Positions 62,608-64,000 of a stretch of DNA of 64,000 bases are shown in pieces (the stretch's first letter is position 1; every line of letters starts with the position of its first letter). The notes beneath the pieces are model-generated. The model saw only the letters and a list, made by a program, of their open reading frames with translations, ran no database searches and was not told the DNA's origin. The position numbers and the translations under genes are program-made. This stretch comes from Nitrosopumilus sp. (GTDB lineage: Archaea; Thermoproteota; Nitrososphaeria; Nitrososphaerales; Nitrosopumilaceae). Where the stretch lies: assembly GCA_965204345.1 (NCBI GenBank), contig OZ241981.1, positions 128,001 to 192,000 of the forward strand, read 5' to 3'.

Positions 62608-63771
62608 ATGATGATTAACAAAAGCATGGAGGATATTTCATATGAGGATATTCAATTATTGTTAGAAAATAAAATTGATGAAAGTGATATTTTAGACTAT
62701 AAAACAGAAATGGTGAAAAAGGAAAGCTTGATGCGACACATATGTGCATTTGCCAATACTAGGGGTGGTGACATAGTTTTTGGAGTAAAAGAATCAGGCA
62801 GGGGAGGACATCCTATAGAAGTTCATGGAATAGACACATCCAATATTAATAAAGAAAGTATTGAACAGACTGTTCTATCCAACTTAGTTCCCAGATTAGA
62901 CGTAAAAATCATACCCATAGAAATTCCGAATTCTACAAAATCCATTTTATTGGTACGCATACCTGATAGTCATTTAAAACCCCATCAGAACAATATCAAT
63001 AAAAAATTTTACAAGCGTTTTCAATTTGAATCTGCAGAAATGACAGAGCAGGAAATTTGTGATTGCTACAGAGGGCGGTTTAGAAATAATGATCAAGTTG
63101 AACAGTACATAAAGAAAGCATCTGCCTATAAAACAGGACTAATACCTGCAGATACTATCAAAGCAAATGTCATAATCATTCCATCTAGCATAAGGCACAG
63201 ATTAATTGAAACTTCAGATTATGAGAAATTTGAATGGTTTAAGTCAATCAAGATGAGCACCAGTACACAATATGCATCATCTGCAAGTTTTCTTCCATCT
63301 AGATTAGAACCTTTCTCTCATGGTTTGATCTCCAAGGAATCCAATCCAGATAAATTTAGGCAGACACGTATTCATCGAAACGGATGTATTCAACATATTA
63401 TGGATTTTTCAGACCCAAGAAAGGATAAAAACTGCTTACCATACAAATACTTTGCAGTCAGATTGATGCAAACACTGCAATTTGCAAGTAAAACATTGCA
63501 GCATTATAATTATTTTGGAGATGTAAAAATTATGATGATGATAACTTGTTCATTCAACAATACACTAAAGTTAGGAGAGGAATATGATCCATCAATCTCC
63601 ACCATAAATGAAATCAATTGTGAAATAGAACGAGAACACTCATTACAGTATATTGAAACAAACCATGAAAAAATTGCATCTTCTATAATGGATGAAGTCT
63701 TTAATCATTATGGCGTTCCCAGTTGTGATATGTTTGATGAAAATGGAAAAATCATCAACGATCGTTTATAG
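62608..63771 (+). CDS. Schlafen/AlbA_2 domain protein with uncharacterised C-terminal domain
   Basis: ESDILDYK, ICAFANTRGGDIVFGV, KPHQ...FYKR. Confidence 0.9.
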   Translation: MMINKSMEDISYEDIQLLLENKIDESDILDYKTEMVKKESLMRHICAFANTRGGDIVFGVKESGRGGHPIEVHGIDTSNINKESIEQTVLSNLVPRLDVKIIPIEIPNSTKSILLVRIPDSHLKPHQNNINKKFYKRFQFESAEMTEQEICDCYRGRFRNNDQVEQYIKKASAYKTGLIPADTIKANVIIIPSSIRHRLIETSDYEKFEWFKSIKMSTSTQYASSASFLPSRLEPFSHGLISKESNPDKFRQTRIHRNGCIQHIMDFSDPRKDKNCLPYKYFAVRLMQTLQFASKTLQHYNYFGDVKIMMMITCSFNNTLKLGEEYDPSISTINEINCEIEREHSLQYIETNHEKIASSIMDEVFNHYGVPSCDMFDENGKIINDRL

Positions 63772-63799
63772 GATTAGCAAAAAACCAGTCTAATGAATC

Positions 63800-63892
63800 A
63801 TGTCTGAAACTGCCAAAAGTGGTTTTGCAACCGAAGATCAAGTTGTAGATGAGTTTCGGAATTGGAGTAACAGTACACTGTTCAATTTTTAA
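63800..63892 (+). pseudogene. N-terminal stub of a HinP1I-family type II restriction endonuclease
   Basis: MSETAKSGFATEDQVVDEFRNW resembles the TAKxGFxxExxxxxxFxNW start of R.HinP1I; stops after 30 aa. Confidence 0.6.
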
Positions 63893-64000
63893 ATATGACT
63901 GGTCACTTATCGTATCTGTTGATGATTGACCCCAGCATCACTATATCGGTCGTAGGGATTGGTTTGGCGTTATTATTATTTATAATTAATAGAAAGAATA

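Noticed and set aside
1-64000. tRNA or rRNA genes
   Set aside because: No cloverleaf or rRNA-like sequence recognised by eye; a covariance-model scan would be needed to exclude them.

Overview
Ammonia-oxidising archaeon (Nitrosopumilaceae-like Thaumarchaeota) chromosome segment. Conserved housekeeping blocks (menA, rpoK, rps25e, dys, thrS, speB, rps26e, nadK, pyrG, trpEGDCBA, DUF1998 helicase) alternate with accessory islands and decayed intergenic DNA; the large secreted protease/adhesin genes and pseudogene debris suggest a host-associated lineage (inference). Three things stand out. (1) Three clear and one degenerate isolated repeat-insert-repeat footprints: 33-39 bp of ordinary gene sequence duplicated around a novel 33-34 nt insert, at 34808, 39191, 41722 and 51899. 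This geometry is what off-target Cas1-Cas2 spacer integration leaves, and here it adds in-frame peptides to surface proteins. No cas gene or CRISPR array is in the window. (2) A 3-unit tandem array (~1.92 kb period) encoding a secreted PepSY-like protein with hypervariable, mosaic loops plus free pro-domains, upstream of a giant reprolysin-fold protein whose four catalytic codons are each one base from H/E/H/H. (3) A dispersed degenerate repeat family at island borders, plus remnants of an IS6-like element, a probable tyrosine recombinase and a HinP1I-type restriction enzyme next to a Schlafen/AlbA_2 gene. Family assignments are from motif recognition only; no searches were run.
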